This document shows, piece by piece, positions 19,714 to 28,529 of a stretch of 64,000 nucleotides of DNA. The notes below the pieces were generated by a model. It worked only from the letters and a program-made list of their open reading frames with translations, made no database searches and was not told the DNA's origin. How positions within the stretch are numbered: position 1 is the first letter of the stretch; each line of letters opens with the position of its first letter. The translations under genes were made by a program, and so were the position numbers. Origin of the DNA: an uncultured virus (IMG/VR IMGVR_UViG_3300035181_001618) (Duplodnaviria; Heunggongvirae; Uroviricota; Caudoviricetes); IMG/VR virus record IMGVR_UViG_3300035181_001618, positions 62,001-126,000 of that record, one strand, 5' to 3'.

Positions 19714-21125
19714 ACTTTGAAGATGTCATCGAGGTTGCTAGGCAGGCCTAAGCCGTGCTTAGGAGTGGGCCGTGGAAGGCTTCCCAGCCCTGATGAGCCG
19801 GCGTCCTCCCAGGGCGGCGGTTCGCTAGCAGGTGAAGGAGCGGCCCCGCCAGGCTTCCTGAACTTGCTGAGCGAGTCAGCGAGCGTGACAGGCGGCTCGT
19901 CCTCCTCGAGGTTAGACAGCCGTAGGGAGACCGGGTCAAACTTCATGATGAAGTAACTACCCACGCCTGCTGATGACCGTGTCTTCAGCATCTTGAAGAC
20001 CATCTCGTTGCGCGCCTTCATCTGGGGGGTCTGGATGATTGCAACCAGGTTGTCGGTGGTGTTGATCTTCGAGATGCCGCCTGCGATGTGAGCTTGATTC
20101 AACTCATCGAGCGATTCGATCTGTTGCGCGCCACGGTTCAGCTGCGAAGCCGTGATCATCATGAGGTTGTTCTCATCGGCGATGGCGCGCAGCTCTTCAG
20201 CTACGTACTTGTCCTTGATGAACTGGTTCTCAACCGATACCTTCTCGTTGGAGGCCATCAGGTCAAGGTAGTCGACGACCACGAAGTCGGGGATTCGCTT
20301 GTGAATGAGCTCGTACTCCTTGAGGTAAGCCTTGAGGTGGTTAGCGTTGGTAGCTGACTCGGGCAGGCGCTTGATCATTAGCGTGCCTTGGGCCCGCTCT
20401 TGGGCCTTCCGCACCTGGATGCTGGTCTTCGTGATGTCGGTGAGGATCGCGCCTTGGCTGATGCCAGTGAACATCGAGTCGAAACGCTTCGACACCATCT
20501 CCTCGGACAGCTCGAGCGAGAAGTAGATGCCGTGCATCCCCTGCATCATTAGGTTGCGGGCGACGTTGGACATGGTCAACGACTTGCCCACACCTGACGG
20601 CGCCGCAAAGATGATCATGCCCTTCCGAGGCAGGCCGCCGCCAAGCGCTTCGTCGAGCCTACGGTACAGCGTAGGTACCGGCTTGCTTTGAGTCTGCAGC
20701 AGGTTGAGACGAGCCTCTGGGTCAGCGAAGTAGTCGGTGCCTAGGTTACGCTGCAGGCTGATGGTGATGGCGTCTCGAATGAGGCGCTCGATCTCAGCCA
20801 GCTTCTGGTCTTTCAGCAGGTCAACGCTGGCATAGATGGCGTGCTCAATCGCCTTGTCACGGCAAAAGGTCTCGAGCTCGGTCTCTGCGTACTTAGCCTC
20901 GCTCGGAATGCCCTGTACCGCAGGGAGGGTGAGGCCTTGCTCAGCATAAAGCTGCGCTTGTGACGGAAGGCCCTTGTATTGCTCATAGTAGGCCTTGATG
21001 AAGGTGACCGCGCTCTTCAGCGATGGGTCAAAGTACTTCGGGTCGATGATGTGGTTCGTGCGGGTGAACAGCGTCGAGTCGTTCACCAGGTAGCTGAGGA
21101 GCAAACGCTCCTTTTCAACGGTCAT
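19710..21125 (-). CDS. replicative DnaB/gp41-like helicase
   Basis: AAPSGVGKS, FSLEL, VVVDYLD and TASQLNR motifs. Confidence 0.93.
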   Translation of the reverse strand: MTVEKERLLLSYLVNDSTLFTRTNHIIDPKYFDPSLKSAVTFIKAYYEQYKGLPSQAQLYAEQGLTLPAVQGIPSEAKYAETELETFCRDKAIEHAIYASVDLLKDQKLAEIERLIRDAITISLQRNLGTDYFADPEARLNLLQTQSKPVPTLYRRLDEALGGGLPRKGMIIFAAPSGVGKSLTMSNVARNLMMQGMHGIYFSLELSEEMVSKRFDSMFTGISQGAILTDITKTSIQVRKAQERAQGTLMIKRLPESATNANHLKAYLKEYELIHKRIPDFVVVDYLDLMASNEKVSVENQFIKDKYVAEELRAIADENNLMMITASQLNRGAQQIESLDELNQAHIAGGISKINTTDNLVAIIQTPQMKARNEMVFKMLKTRSSAGVGSYFIMKFDPVSLRLSNLEEDEPPVTLADSLSKFRKPGGAAPSPASEPPPWEDAGSSGLGSLPRPTPKHGLGLPSNLDDIFKV

Positions 21126-22128
21126 GTTTCTGCTTTCGTTTTGGGTCTGTCCGGTCGCACTTCATGCGTAGTAGCACCTCTCCCGCAATGCCCGAGGCGT
21201 TAGTGGAGGCGAGGTGATTAAGCAGCCAAAGCCGCCCAAACCGCATTCTGCACCGGTTAGCGTCATCGAGCCCGTCGGGCATGACTGCTATGCTCCAGCC
21301 TTCTTTGAGGGCCGCGACGCCTAGGTCATACCCGACTTTGTTCTTGTCGGTGACGAACACTATCTTGCGGCCGTGGGAGGCCGCCTTCCGTAGCTCTTGA
21401 AACTTCCACTCGCTTGCGTGGCTGTCAGAGAGCGCCACCGCGGAGCCGATGCTTAACGCATCAAGCGCACCTTCAGTGACATACAGGTTACCTGACCCGG
21501 TCTGCAGCTCATCATAGTTGAAGATGAGCTTCTCCTTGTCGGAGGCCGGCGGGTTGTAGTACCGTGGATCCATTGTATCAATAAGCGCTCGCGCTTGCCA
21601 ATATATGAGCCTGTCACGGTGGTAATAGGGGATGATGACTCGCCCTGCAAGCTTTGGGCTATCGCTAACGAGGTAGCCGTAGGCCGCTGGGTCAAGCGCC
21701 CGCTCCTGCAGGTAGAGGCGAGCGATCTCACACCAAGGAGAGTCATCAGACATCACAGGTACCGCTCCGGGTGGCGCTTCGAAGGTCTTGGGCGGCGACC
21801 AGGTCGGCTTTGCTTGCTGGAGTGCTGCGGGTGAGAATCCCTGCCGCTCGATGAACGCTTTGCCGATAGCTTTGGAGAGCTCCTCCTCGGCGACGCCGAA
21901 GGACTGCAGCAGGTTGCGGAACTTCTCAGACGGAGTGCTGTAGGCGGTCGAGTCAAACTTGGTGTCGAGCCCACAGTTGAAGCAATGGTACCCGATGACG
22001 CCGCTCTCGAACTTGAAGCCGCCGCGAGTCTTGTAGTCATTGCAAGCCGCACAGATGCAAGGCTCAAACCCTTTCGGGGAGCGCTTGCCTAGCCGCACAT
22101 ATTGCCTGATAAGGGATTCCAACTCCAT
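21115..22128 (-). CDS. DNA primase (Zn finger plus TOPRIM)
   Basis: CxxC...YHCFNC, RVIIP, YWQAR, VTEGALDA, FVTD, DDAN. Confidence 0.88.
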   Translation of the reverse strand: MELESLIRQYVRLGKRSPKGFEPCICAACNDYKTRGGFKFESGVIGYHCFNCGLDTKFDSTAYSTPSEKFRNLLQSFGVAEEELSKAIGKAFIERQGFSPAALQQAKPTWSPPKTFEAPPGAVPVMSDDSPWCEIARLYLQERALDPAAYGYLVSDSPKLAGRVIIPYYHRDRLIYWQARALIDTMDPRYYNPPASDKEKLIFNYDELQTGSGNLYVTEGALDALSIGSAVALSDSHASEWKFQELRKAASHGRKIVFVTDKNKVGYDLGVAALKEGWSIAVMPDGLDDANRCRMRFGRLWLLNHLASTNASGIAGEVLLRMKCDRTDPKRKQKHDR

Positions 22129-22178
22129 CCGAGTATTGTATTCTTGGGCGGCCTACTTAGGCATTTTGTAAATATGAG

Positions 22179-22529
22179 ATGGAGCTACTACAGTCATTGC
22201 TTGAATCATCGTCTAAAGAACAGCTGCTAAAGCTTCAACAGCGGTTCATTGATGACGCGCCTGACAGCGTCAAGGTTAAGATCGTGCCGGTTGACAAGGC
22301 ATTCAAACACTGGGCTAGGTCAGACCATGATGAAGACGCTCAACGACGAGTAAGGGAGCTTGGCTTTGACGCGATTGTTCAAGTTCAACTTGGGCATCAC
22401 CTCAGAAGTTACTTACCCTTACGCGATAAATCGCTGTATAGCGTCTCAAACAGTCGTGTGGAGGTCGCTTCTTATGACGAAGCTCTGGCGCGGCTCATCG
22501 ACGGATCAACACCGATTAAGAGCTGGTAA
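22179..22529 (+). CDS. LKLQQ family protein
   Basis: LQSLLE...LLKLQQRFID; TAAATA 4 nt upstream. Confidence 0.65.
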   Translation: MELLQSLLESSSKEQLLKLQQRFIDDAPDSVKVKIVPVDKAFKHWARSDHDEDAQRRVRELGFDAIVQVQLGHHLRSYLPLRDKSLYSVSNSRVEVASYDEALARLIDGSTPIKSW

Positions 22530-22894
22530 TGAAGCTACAAGCATTGTTTGAGAACGAGCAGCGCCGCATCCTGTTGACGCTCCAGCAGAACATCATTGAT
22601 AGCCTTGACGACGTGACTGTAAAAATTACTAGGCTTTCCAGCATCGAAGCTGGCGCTCTTAACGCAGCACGCCATCGTATCAACCCTGTGTTCTTCGATG
22701 CGAATGCGGCTGTGCTGGCAATTAGCAAGCCAGCCGTCTCCTCAGCCTATGTTATGCTTTGGCCGTCAGCGCAGCCTGATCGAATGCTGTGCATTCGCAC
22801 AGGTAACGGCGATGTTCAGTGGCTGGCCGCAATCTACAAGCAGGACTCGGTGCTTGAATGGGTCATAGCTTGTATGCAGCAGCGGCTGTCATGA
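22529..22894 (+). CDS. MKLxxLxE/LKLQQ family protein
   Basis: MKLQALFE...LLTLQQNIID. Confidence 0.65.
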   Translation: MKLQALFENEQRRILLTLQQNIIDSLDDVTVKITRLSSIEAGALNAARHRINPVFFDANAAVLAISKPAVSSAYVMLWPSAQPDRMLCIRTGNGDVQWLAAIYKQDSVLEWVIACMQQRLS

Positions 22895-23393
22895 CCTTGC
22901 GGGTATAAGGATGTGTGGCAGCGTTGACCTGCTGTACGCCTCCTTCACCTAGGTTGTAAGCGGCGATCCCCTTTGCCGCATTCTTGTTGACTCCCATCAT
23001 TAGCAGGTACTTGCTTGTGACGCTAGCGTTGAACCGGTCATCTAAGATCAGCCGGGCCTTCAGTTCTTCATCGCTGCGGGTGTCAAAGTCGTTCCAGAGG
23101 TCGGAGAAGCGCTTCATGACGGCTTTTGCGGCGCCGATTGAGACTTGCCCAACGCCATAGAAGGTGCTGCTACCCTGCTTAACAACACGGTGCTTGCTCT
23201 CTCCAAGCTTGCTCTCAACCTTTAGCACGCCGACGACGTACTTTGGCTCCTTATGACCGTCAGCGGTCGCGACTTGCATTGTGTACTCAGCGAGAGTTTG
23301 ATCAGCCACAAGCGTGGCTGCAGGGCACTCGACATTGTCTGCGTGAGCGGTAAGGGCGAAGATTAGAGCAAAGAAGCATAGAAGCTGTTTCAT
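22863..23393 (-). CDS. SLT-type lytic transglycosylase with signal peptide
   Basis: signal peptide ending AHA-D; VES, YGVGQV and AAYNLG motifs. Confidence 0.85.
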   Translation of the reverse strand: MKQLLCFFALIFALTAHADNVECPAATLVADQTLAEYTMQVATADGHKEPKYVVGVLKVESKLGESKHRVVKQGSSTFYGVGQVSIGAAKAVMKRFSDLWNDFDTRSDEELKARLILDDRFNASVTSKYLLMMGVNKNAAKGIAAYNLGEGGVQQVNAATHPYTRKVMTAAAAYKL

Positions 23394-23695
23394 GATGATG
23401 TCTCCATGGTCAGTTTGCTAAGACGCCAAAGATGACTCCGCCGTGAAGCGAAGAGCTTTGAAGATTAGCTGATGAGCCAAGCTACATGCAGCACGTGCCG
23501 CAACTTGGGAAGAATGACAGAGGGGTGGCGCCCTCTGATCTGCTATGCCGATCCGGACGCGGCGCGTACCTAGGATCGCTATGTGCACAAGCCGTGAGCC
23601 GGACACCCGTCAGGTGCCTGAATCCTCCGCTCGAGTTCGAGCTGTGGAGGCGGCTCACCAAGCTTGCGCTTGTTTGCAGCCCGAAGGCTGCGGAC
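23394..23695 (-). ncRNA. candidate structured RNA or long structured 5' leader
   Basis: TAAATA at 23699-23704 followed by consecutive stems including cUUCGg and GCAA tetraloops and a three-way junction; no credible ORF. Confidence 0.6.
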
Positions 23696-23701
23696 CTGTA
23701 T

Positions 23702-24193
23702 TTACAGGTGACTGGTCGAGTCAACGACGCCGGATGTCGTGTCCGTGAATGCGGAGCCGACAACGACGTTGCCTTCAGGCCGGAGGTCGGCGTCGAAGAG
23801 CGAGCCGCCACCTTGACCCATCAGGGAGTCGATGTGACCTGCAGCCTTCTTGGTCCGGGTCATCTGGTGGAAGTAATCGAGGGCGTTCTTACCGTTCGAC
23901 AGGCGCTCTTGGCTGAGCAGGTCCCACAGCTCGTACTTGTCGGCGTGGCCCGACATCAGCACCTTCTTCAGGCGGCCGCGGTCAACTTGGTCGATCAGGC
24001 CGATGTCGATGTACGACAGCGAGCCGTTCGGCCACTCCTTGATGACAGCGACTTCGCGGAATTGACCGCTGTCGTTCACGTCAACGTAGAAGACGTGCTT
24101 GAGGCGCGTCGGATGCATGATGATCCCGCCCTTGTTGGCGTTCGGATCCTTAGCCGGTTCGGCTGTCTTCGTAACTTGCTTGTCGGTTGCCAT
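23702..24193 (-). CDS. conserved jumbo-phage hypothetical protein
   Basis: 163-aa ORF with two TAAATA motifs upstream (24234, 24248). Confidence 0.7.
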   Translation of the reverse strand: MATDKQVTKTAEPAKDPNANKGGIIMHPTRLKHVFYVDVNDSGQFREVAVIKEWPNGSLSYIDIGLIDQVDRGRLKKVLMSGHADKYELWDLLSQERLSNGKNALDYFHQMTRTKKAAGHIDSLMGQGGGSLFDADLRPEGNVVVGSAFTDTTSGVVDSTSHL

Positions 24194-24306
24194 GGTGTTC
24201 CCGTGTGATATGTGATCGAGCTATGCTCGATTTTATTTACCGCCCAATATTTATGCAAACACCGTGAGGATGATGTTTACGACTCGAGTTTTGGTAAATA
24301 TCCTCT

Positions 24307-24429
24307 TCACTCAAAATCCTCGTCTGTCCATGCCTCTCCCTCTCGCCGAGCAACAGCGAGCAGGAGGAAGAAGAACACAAGCCAGACAGGAAAGAGAACA
24401 GCTGACCAGGCTTTTCTAAGGATGCTCAT
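24307..24429 (-). CDS. small single-TM protein (40 aa)
   Basis: MSILRKAWSAVLFPVWLVFFFLLLAVARREGEAWTDEDFE; fills the gap after the exonuclease. Confidence 0.5.
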   Translation of the reverse strand: MSILRKAWSAVLFPVWLVFFFLLLAVARREGEAWTDEDFE

Positions 24430-24437
24430 GCTTGCCT

Positions 24438-25463
24438 TTAGAATGCGAGAAGGCCGTCACCTTCAGGCTCAGCCGGCTTCTCGACGAGAACCGTGTGAGC
24501 CTTAGGCTTGTCACCCTTGAGGTAGCGTTGGTTGTTCATGAACATGTCGATGAATTTGTTGGCCTCTTCGGCCACCTTGTTCAGCTTGTACTTGCCCAAG
24601 AACCGCAAGAAGTGAAAGTGCGAGTAAGAGGCGAGAGCCGCTGGATCTGACTGCATGATGACGCCTTTTAACAGCTTCAGCCTGATGTCATCGGGCTGCT
24701 TCGTTAGGTCCATGAGAACCTCGTTGTGCTTGTAGAGGTCGCCGACACGGTGCTCGGTTAAGTTCTCGTCCTTCCACGTAGCGTTCATGAAGTTCAGCCG
24801 TGTGTAATCGTCGCTGTAAGCCTCACGGATCTTCTTCTCAAAGACGCGTGGATACGCTGACGGCACGTTGTCGCCGCTGTCTCCGCGAACGCACTTAAGG
24901 AAGAGCCAGTAGTCGATGTCGGGCTCGTAGTCCTTGTCGCCTGGCTGGTTGCGCTCTTTGCCGTTGTCAGGGTTGACAAGCTTGACATTCGGCAGCTTGG
25001 TGAGCTGTGTGAAGTCCTTGTCTCCTGACACGATCGTGATGCGGTTCTCGGGCGAAGCGTTGATCTGACAGTAGGCGGCGATTACGTCATCACCTTCCAT
25101 ATCCTGCACGCTGATGCAGCAGATAGAGGTGTGCTCCTTCATCGTCTCCTTGAAGGCGTCGATGAGCTTGTAGAAGTGGGCCATCTCGGGGTCGGGAATC
25201 CGATTGGCCTTGTACTGCCGCCGGATCATCGTATGCTCCGCCGTGTACTTCTTCCGCCAGTTGCCGCCACCTTCAAAGCTGAAGACCAAGAAGTCCGGCT
25301 TGAACTTCTTGTACCACTTGTAGATGCTCATAATAGCTATGTGCATAGACAAGCCAACTAAGTCGTCTATGCTGGCGCTATAATTAGCTGGACCACCTTG
25401 ATGTTTTTGCATCGCGGCGACCCTGAAGAGGATGTTTGAAACGTCAATGACTAATGAATGCAT
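24438..25463 (-). CDS. 5'-3' exonuclease / T4 RNase H-like flap nuclease
   Basis: VIDVSN, YKANR, EGDDVIA, SGDKDFTQL and GDSGDNVP motifs. Confidence 0.9.
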   Translation of the reverse strand: MHSLVIDVSNILFRVAAMQKHQGGPANYSASIDDLVGLSMHIAIMSIYKWYKKFKPDFLVFSFEGGGNWRKKYTAEHTMIRRQYKANRIPDPEMAHFYKLIDAFKETMKEHTSICCISVQDMEGDDVIAAYCQINASPENRITIVSGDKDFTQLTKLPNVKLVNPDNGKERNQPGDKDYEPDIDYWLFLKCVRGDSGDNVPSAYPRVFEKKIREAYSDDYTRLNFMNATWKDENLTEHRVGDLYKHNEVLMDLTKQPDDIRLKLLKGVIMQSDPAALASYSHFHFLRFLGKYKLNKVAEEANKFIDMFMNNQRYLKGDKPKAHTVLVEKPAEPEGDGLLAF

Positions 25464-26103
25464 AAAAACCCTACCGTACGTCTACATGCTTACACATAAG
25501 CAGACAGGTCAATTCTATATTGGTTACCGAGAAGCTAACATTTTGCCAGCCGATCAAGACCTGCCACTATACAAGTCATCAAAGTATGTTAGAGGTCTAG
25601 GATTTGAAAACTTTGACTTGGGTAATTATTGCTGAGTTTTGGGCAGCAACTGATGCATATGATTTTGAACAACAGCTCATTCTAGAGCACCGCCGTGACA
25701 AGCTGATCATCAATCGTCATGTCATATTCAACGGCAGCTTAAGGTTTATGCCTAAACGCGGCGGCAGGGTTTTTCAACTATAACACGACAAAGACTTTCT
25801 AATGCTCTCAAAGGCCGAACCTTCTCGGAGGAACATAAGAAAAACATTGGTGCATCTAGTTCTGGTAGACGGCATACATTTCAAACCCGGCTTGCTATTA
25901 GCGTAACTCAGCTCGGAAGGAAACGTGATCCCATCACCGATGAAACTAGGCAACGAATGACAATCAGCCGTCGAACAAGAATTGAAGTTCCTAAACGTGG
26001 AACCGAATGCATCGTCGACGGAGTACATTACATCAGCGTTTCAGCAGCAGCCAAAGCGTTAGGATGGTCAAGAAAACGAATCCGTGACCATCTGCATGCT
26101 TAG
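25447..26103 (+). pseudogene. frameshifted GIY-YIG-type homing endonuclease
   Basis: PYVY...FYIG; frameshift near 25619; later SEEHKKNI and IVDGVHYISVSAAAKALG segments in other frames. Confidence 0.75.
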
Positions 26104-26327
26104 CTCTTGCTCGATGAGCCGTTGTAAGTCAGCGTGCGAACACCGATGACCATGACCCACGCGTCCAGGAAGGGCAGGTGGTGCCAAGCGGGCGGCAGGG
26201 TCATGAAGTAGTCAGGCGCCAGCGCGTTCCACGCGAGCCAAAACGGCAACGCTGCGAAGGCGCTCTGCACGAGCACGATGAGGATGATCGAAACGATCGA
26301 GCCGACAATGTCGATGAACTTATCCAC
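26100..26327 (-). CDS. small membrane protein
   Basis: hydrophobic 75-aa ORF. Confidence 0.55.
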   Translation of the reverse strand: MDKFIDIVGSIVSIILIVLVQSAFAALPFWLAWNALAPDYFMTLPPAWHHLPFLDAWVMVIGVRTLTYNGSSSKS

Positions 26328-26329
26328 GC

Positions 26330-26605
26330 TTAGCCCCTCGAGCCGCTGACGCCGACCATGGTTTCAGGCACAGGCTTGCCGACCGGCGTAATGTCGAAGT
26401 AGTACTCTTGCCCCTGCTTGAACATCGTTGCAGCAGGCTTGCTGTTGTCGATGGCGATCTGCATGTAGCCCGACGGGGTAGCGTCGGAGAACGCCTTGTT
26501 CTCGTTGTTGGGGTCATTGCTGTAGACAGCGTTGAAGTGGAAGACGGTCGAGCTGCCGAAGTTAGGCAGCACGGCTGAGCAGATGAACTTTGCACGTACG
26601 GTCAT
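26330..26605 (-). CDS. conserved phage hypothetical protein
   Basis: VRAKF...ENKAFSDATPSG pattern; AGGA RBS. Confidence 0.7.
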   Translation of the reverse strand: MTVRAKFICSAVLPNFGSSTVFHFNAVYSNDPNNENKAFSDATPSGYMQIAIDNSKPAATMFKQGQEYYFDITPVGKPVPETMVGVSGSRG

Positions 26606-26624
26606 GATGAGTCCTAAGTAAGAG

Positions 26625-27203
26625 TTAGCCACGCTTCCTGCGGGCGGCACGGCTGCGGATGTCCTTCTCGAACATCTTCAGCACGTCAGGGTCCATGCTG
26701 TCGAGGATAGCGGTCACGTCCTTCGAGGAAGGCTTCGTGTCCTTGCCTCCTTCGGCGCGAGCGAGCGCTTCAGGTGGGATCGGCGCGTTGTCCATGACCA
26801 GGTCATCGTCAACGTCACGAGCCGCATTGGCCGTCACGGTCGCCAGGTAGACACGCACAAGCTCGTCTTCGGTGGCGCCTTCAATGCCTGCATTTTGCAG
26901 CATGCGGATGAAGGCGTCATTCCACTCGAGCTTGATGCTTACCCGGCCGTCAGCCGTGATGTCACCATGCACAACGTCGAGGCGAGGAGCCTCACGCTCA
27001 TGGTTGTACCGACCAACCCAAAGGGTGACCACGTCGGCGTCGGTTTTGACGCCGTGGATCTGGTCCTTCAGCTCCTCGCGAAGACCCTGCACGAATGCGG
27101 CGTTGTAGTCCAACACCTGCAGGGTCTTGCCGTCATCGGTAGTCACCGACCAAGGGGCCTTAGTCAGGATGTACTTGTGGATGAACGCCTTCAGCCAGCT
27201 CAT
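26625..27203 (-). CDS. hypothetical protein
   Basis: coupled to the clamp gene; internal repeat (YNAAFV / WNDAFI). Confidence 0.65.
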   Translation of the reverse strand: MSWLKAFIHKYILTKAPWSVTTDDGKTLQVLDYNAAFVQGLREELKDQIHGVKTDADVVTLWVGRYNHEREAPRLDVVHGDITADGRVSIKLEWNDAFIRMLQNAGIEGATEDELVRVYLATVTANAARDVDDDLVMDNAPIPPEALARAEGGKDTKPSSKDVTAILDSMDPDVLKMFEKDIRSRAARRKRG

Positions 27204-27919
27204 GCTTGCGGCAGCGTGAAGAAGTTGTAGCCAGCGACGTCGACGAACAGCATGCCGCCCGAGCCGATCTTCAGCTTAACGTCATCGCCTGCGGTCTTGG
27301 CGGCTTCACGCAGCAGGGACAGCAGGGACTTGCTGGTGTACTTGAAGACGAAGCTGCCGGCCTTTTGACCGTTGACTGGCGATGCTGCCTTCTCGACCTC
27401 GAAGGTGTACACGTCCTTGGTCGAATCCACGAGCTCGATGGAGACCACGGAGCCGTCCTTGGAGGCGATGGTGATGCCGTCGGTCGCCATGGCCGAGTCG
27501 GCTTGAGCGATCAGCGGAATCTGCTTGACCGAGATGAGGACCTCATAAGCCGGCGTGTCGTTGATCGCCTTGGGGATCTTGACAGCGTCAGAGGCCGAGC
27601 AGCGGAACTGGGTCTTGGAGCGGCCGGCGGCCAGCTCGAGCATGCTGATGTCGGTGCCGGAGCCCGCGGTAGCCGTGATGCCGACGTTGCCCTGGGCTTT
27701 GGCCAAGTTGAGCCGATCCTTCAAGGCCTTGATGCGGCTGACGGCCAAGGTCTTGCCCTCGAGGTCGGGCACTTGCTGGTCGGTGACAACGCCGACGGTG
27801 CGCTTCTCGTCGATGGCGCGGATCTTGCCTGGCTCGACGATTACCTTTTCGATGCCGATGGTGTTCAGCGTGGTGAGGAGGTTATCAACTGACGCGATGG
27901 TTTGTGCTGAGAGTTTCAT
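27200..27919 (-). CDS. DNA sliding clamp, T4 gp45-like
   Basis: MKLSxxT N-terminus like gp45, about 240 aa, strongly biased codon use, close to the polymerase. Confidence 0.65.
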   Translation of the reverse strand: MKLSAQTIASVDNLLTTLNTIGIEKVIVEPGKIRAIDEKRTVGVVTDQQVPDLEGKTLAVSRIKALKDRLNLAKAQGNVGITATAGSGTDISMLELAAGRSKTQFRCSASDAVKIPKAINDTPAYEVLISVKQIPLIAQADSAMATDGITIASKDGSVVSIELVDSTKDVYTFEVEKAASPVNGQKAGSFVFKYTSKSLLSLLREAAKTAGDDVKLKIGSGGMLFVDVAGYNFFTLPQA

Positions 27920-27986
27920 ATGTGGATTATGTCGCGAAGATGTGCGAGCGGATTGATTGTATCTTATGCCTATCAGGGAGGCATAT

Positions 27987-28526
27987 TTACTGGGTGCTAA
28001 TCACCGTGGCTTCCAGGCCTACCGACGGCGAGAACGTGCCGGCTGCTTCGACAGCGATCTTGAGAGCGCGTTCAGCGGTCTGTGCGGTGAACACGCCGCC
28101 GATCTTGTTGTAAGTATGCATAGCGCCGTGAGCATATTCACAGCCTGAGCCGACGGCGCTGTAACCCAGCTTGCTGCGAAGCACGCTCCAGTCATCCTGC
28201 AGCTCCCACAGCTGGCCACGCAGGCCGATTAGCGCGTTGCCGCCCCTTTCATAGCCGCCGTCCTTGAGGGCCGCCCGCAGCTGGGGCACCATGACGGTGA
28301 TCAACCAACGGTAAACCTCATCATCATTGGCCGGGATAACCGGGTTGCCTAGCGCATGCTCGACCAGCTGACCAAACCGATAGCTGGTTGTGAAGCCAAA
28401 GACCAGCTCGCCTTTGGCGAAAACCTTGGGCTGCGTGTGCACGACCTTGTTGTTCCAACCGGTGCCTTGGATGTCACCAGCCAGGTAAACCTTGCCGTCT
28501 GCTTCAAGTCCTACTATGCATGTCAT
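27987..28526 (-). CDS. HslV/proteasome-beta-like Ntn hydrolase
   Basis: N-terminal (M)TCIVG, D..G, PKVF and AVGSG..YA motifs. Confidence 0.75.
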   Translation of the reverse strand: MTCIVGLEADGKVYLAGDIQGTGWNNKVVHTQPKVFAKGELVFGFTTSYRFGQLVEHALGNPVIPANDDEVYRWLITVMVPQLRAALKDGGYERGGNALIGLRGQLWELQDDWSVLRSKLGYSAVGSGCEYAHGAMHTYNKIGGVFTAQTAERALKIAVEAAGTFSPSVGLEATVISTQ

Positions 28527-28529
28527 GTG

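Noticed and set aside
23469..23513. CTGATGA-stem-GAA on the + strand resembling a hammerhead core
   Set aside because: No CGAAA after stem II, no evident stems I/III, and the promoter and tetraloops favour the minus strand
23482..24208. Track ORFs 23482-23811 (-) and 23486-24208 (+) covering the structured region
   Set aside because: They overlap the real 23702-24193 gene, lack an RBS and have atypical composition
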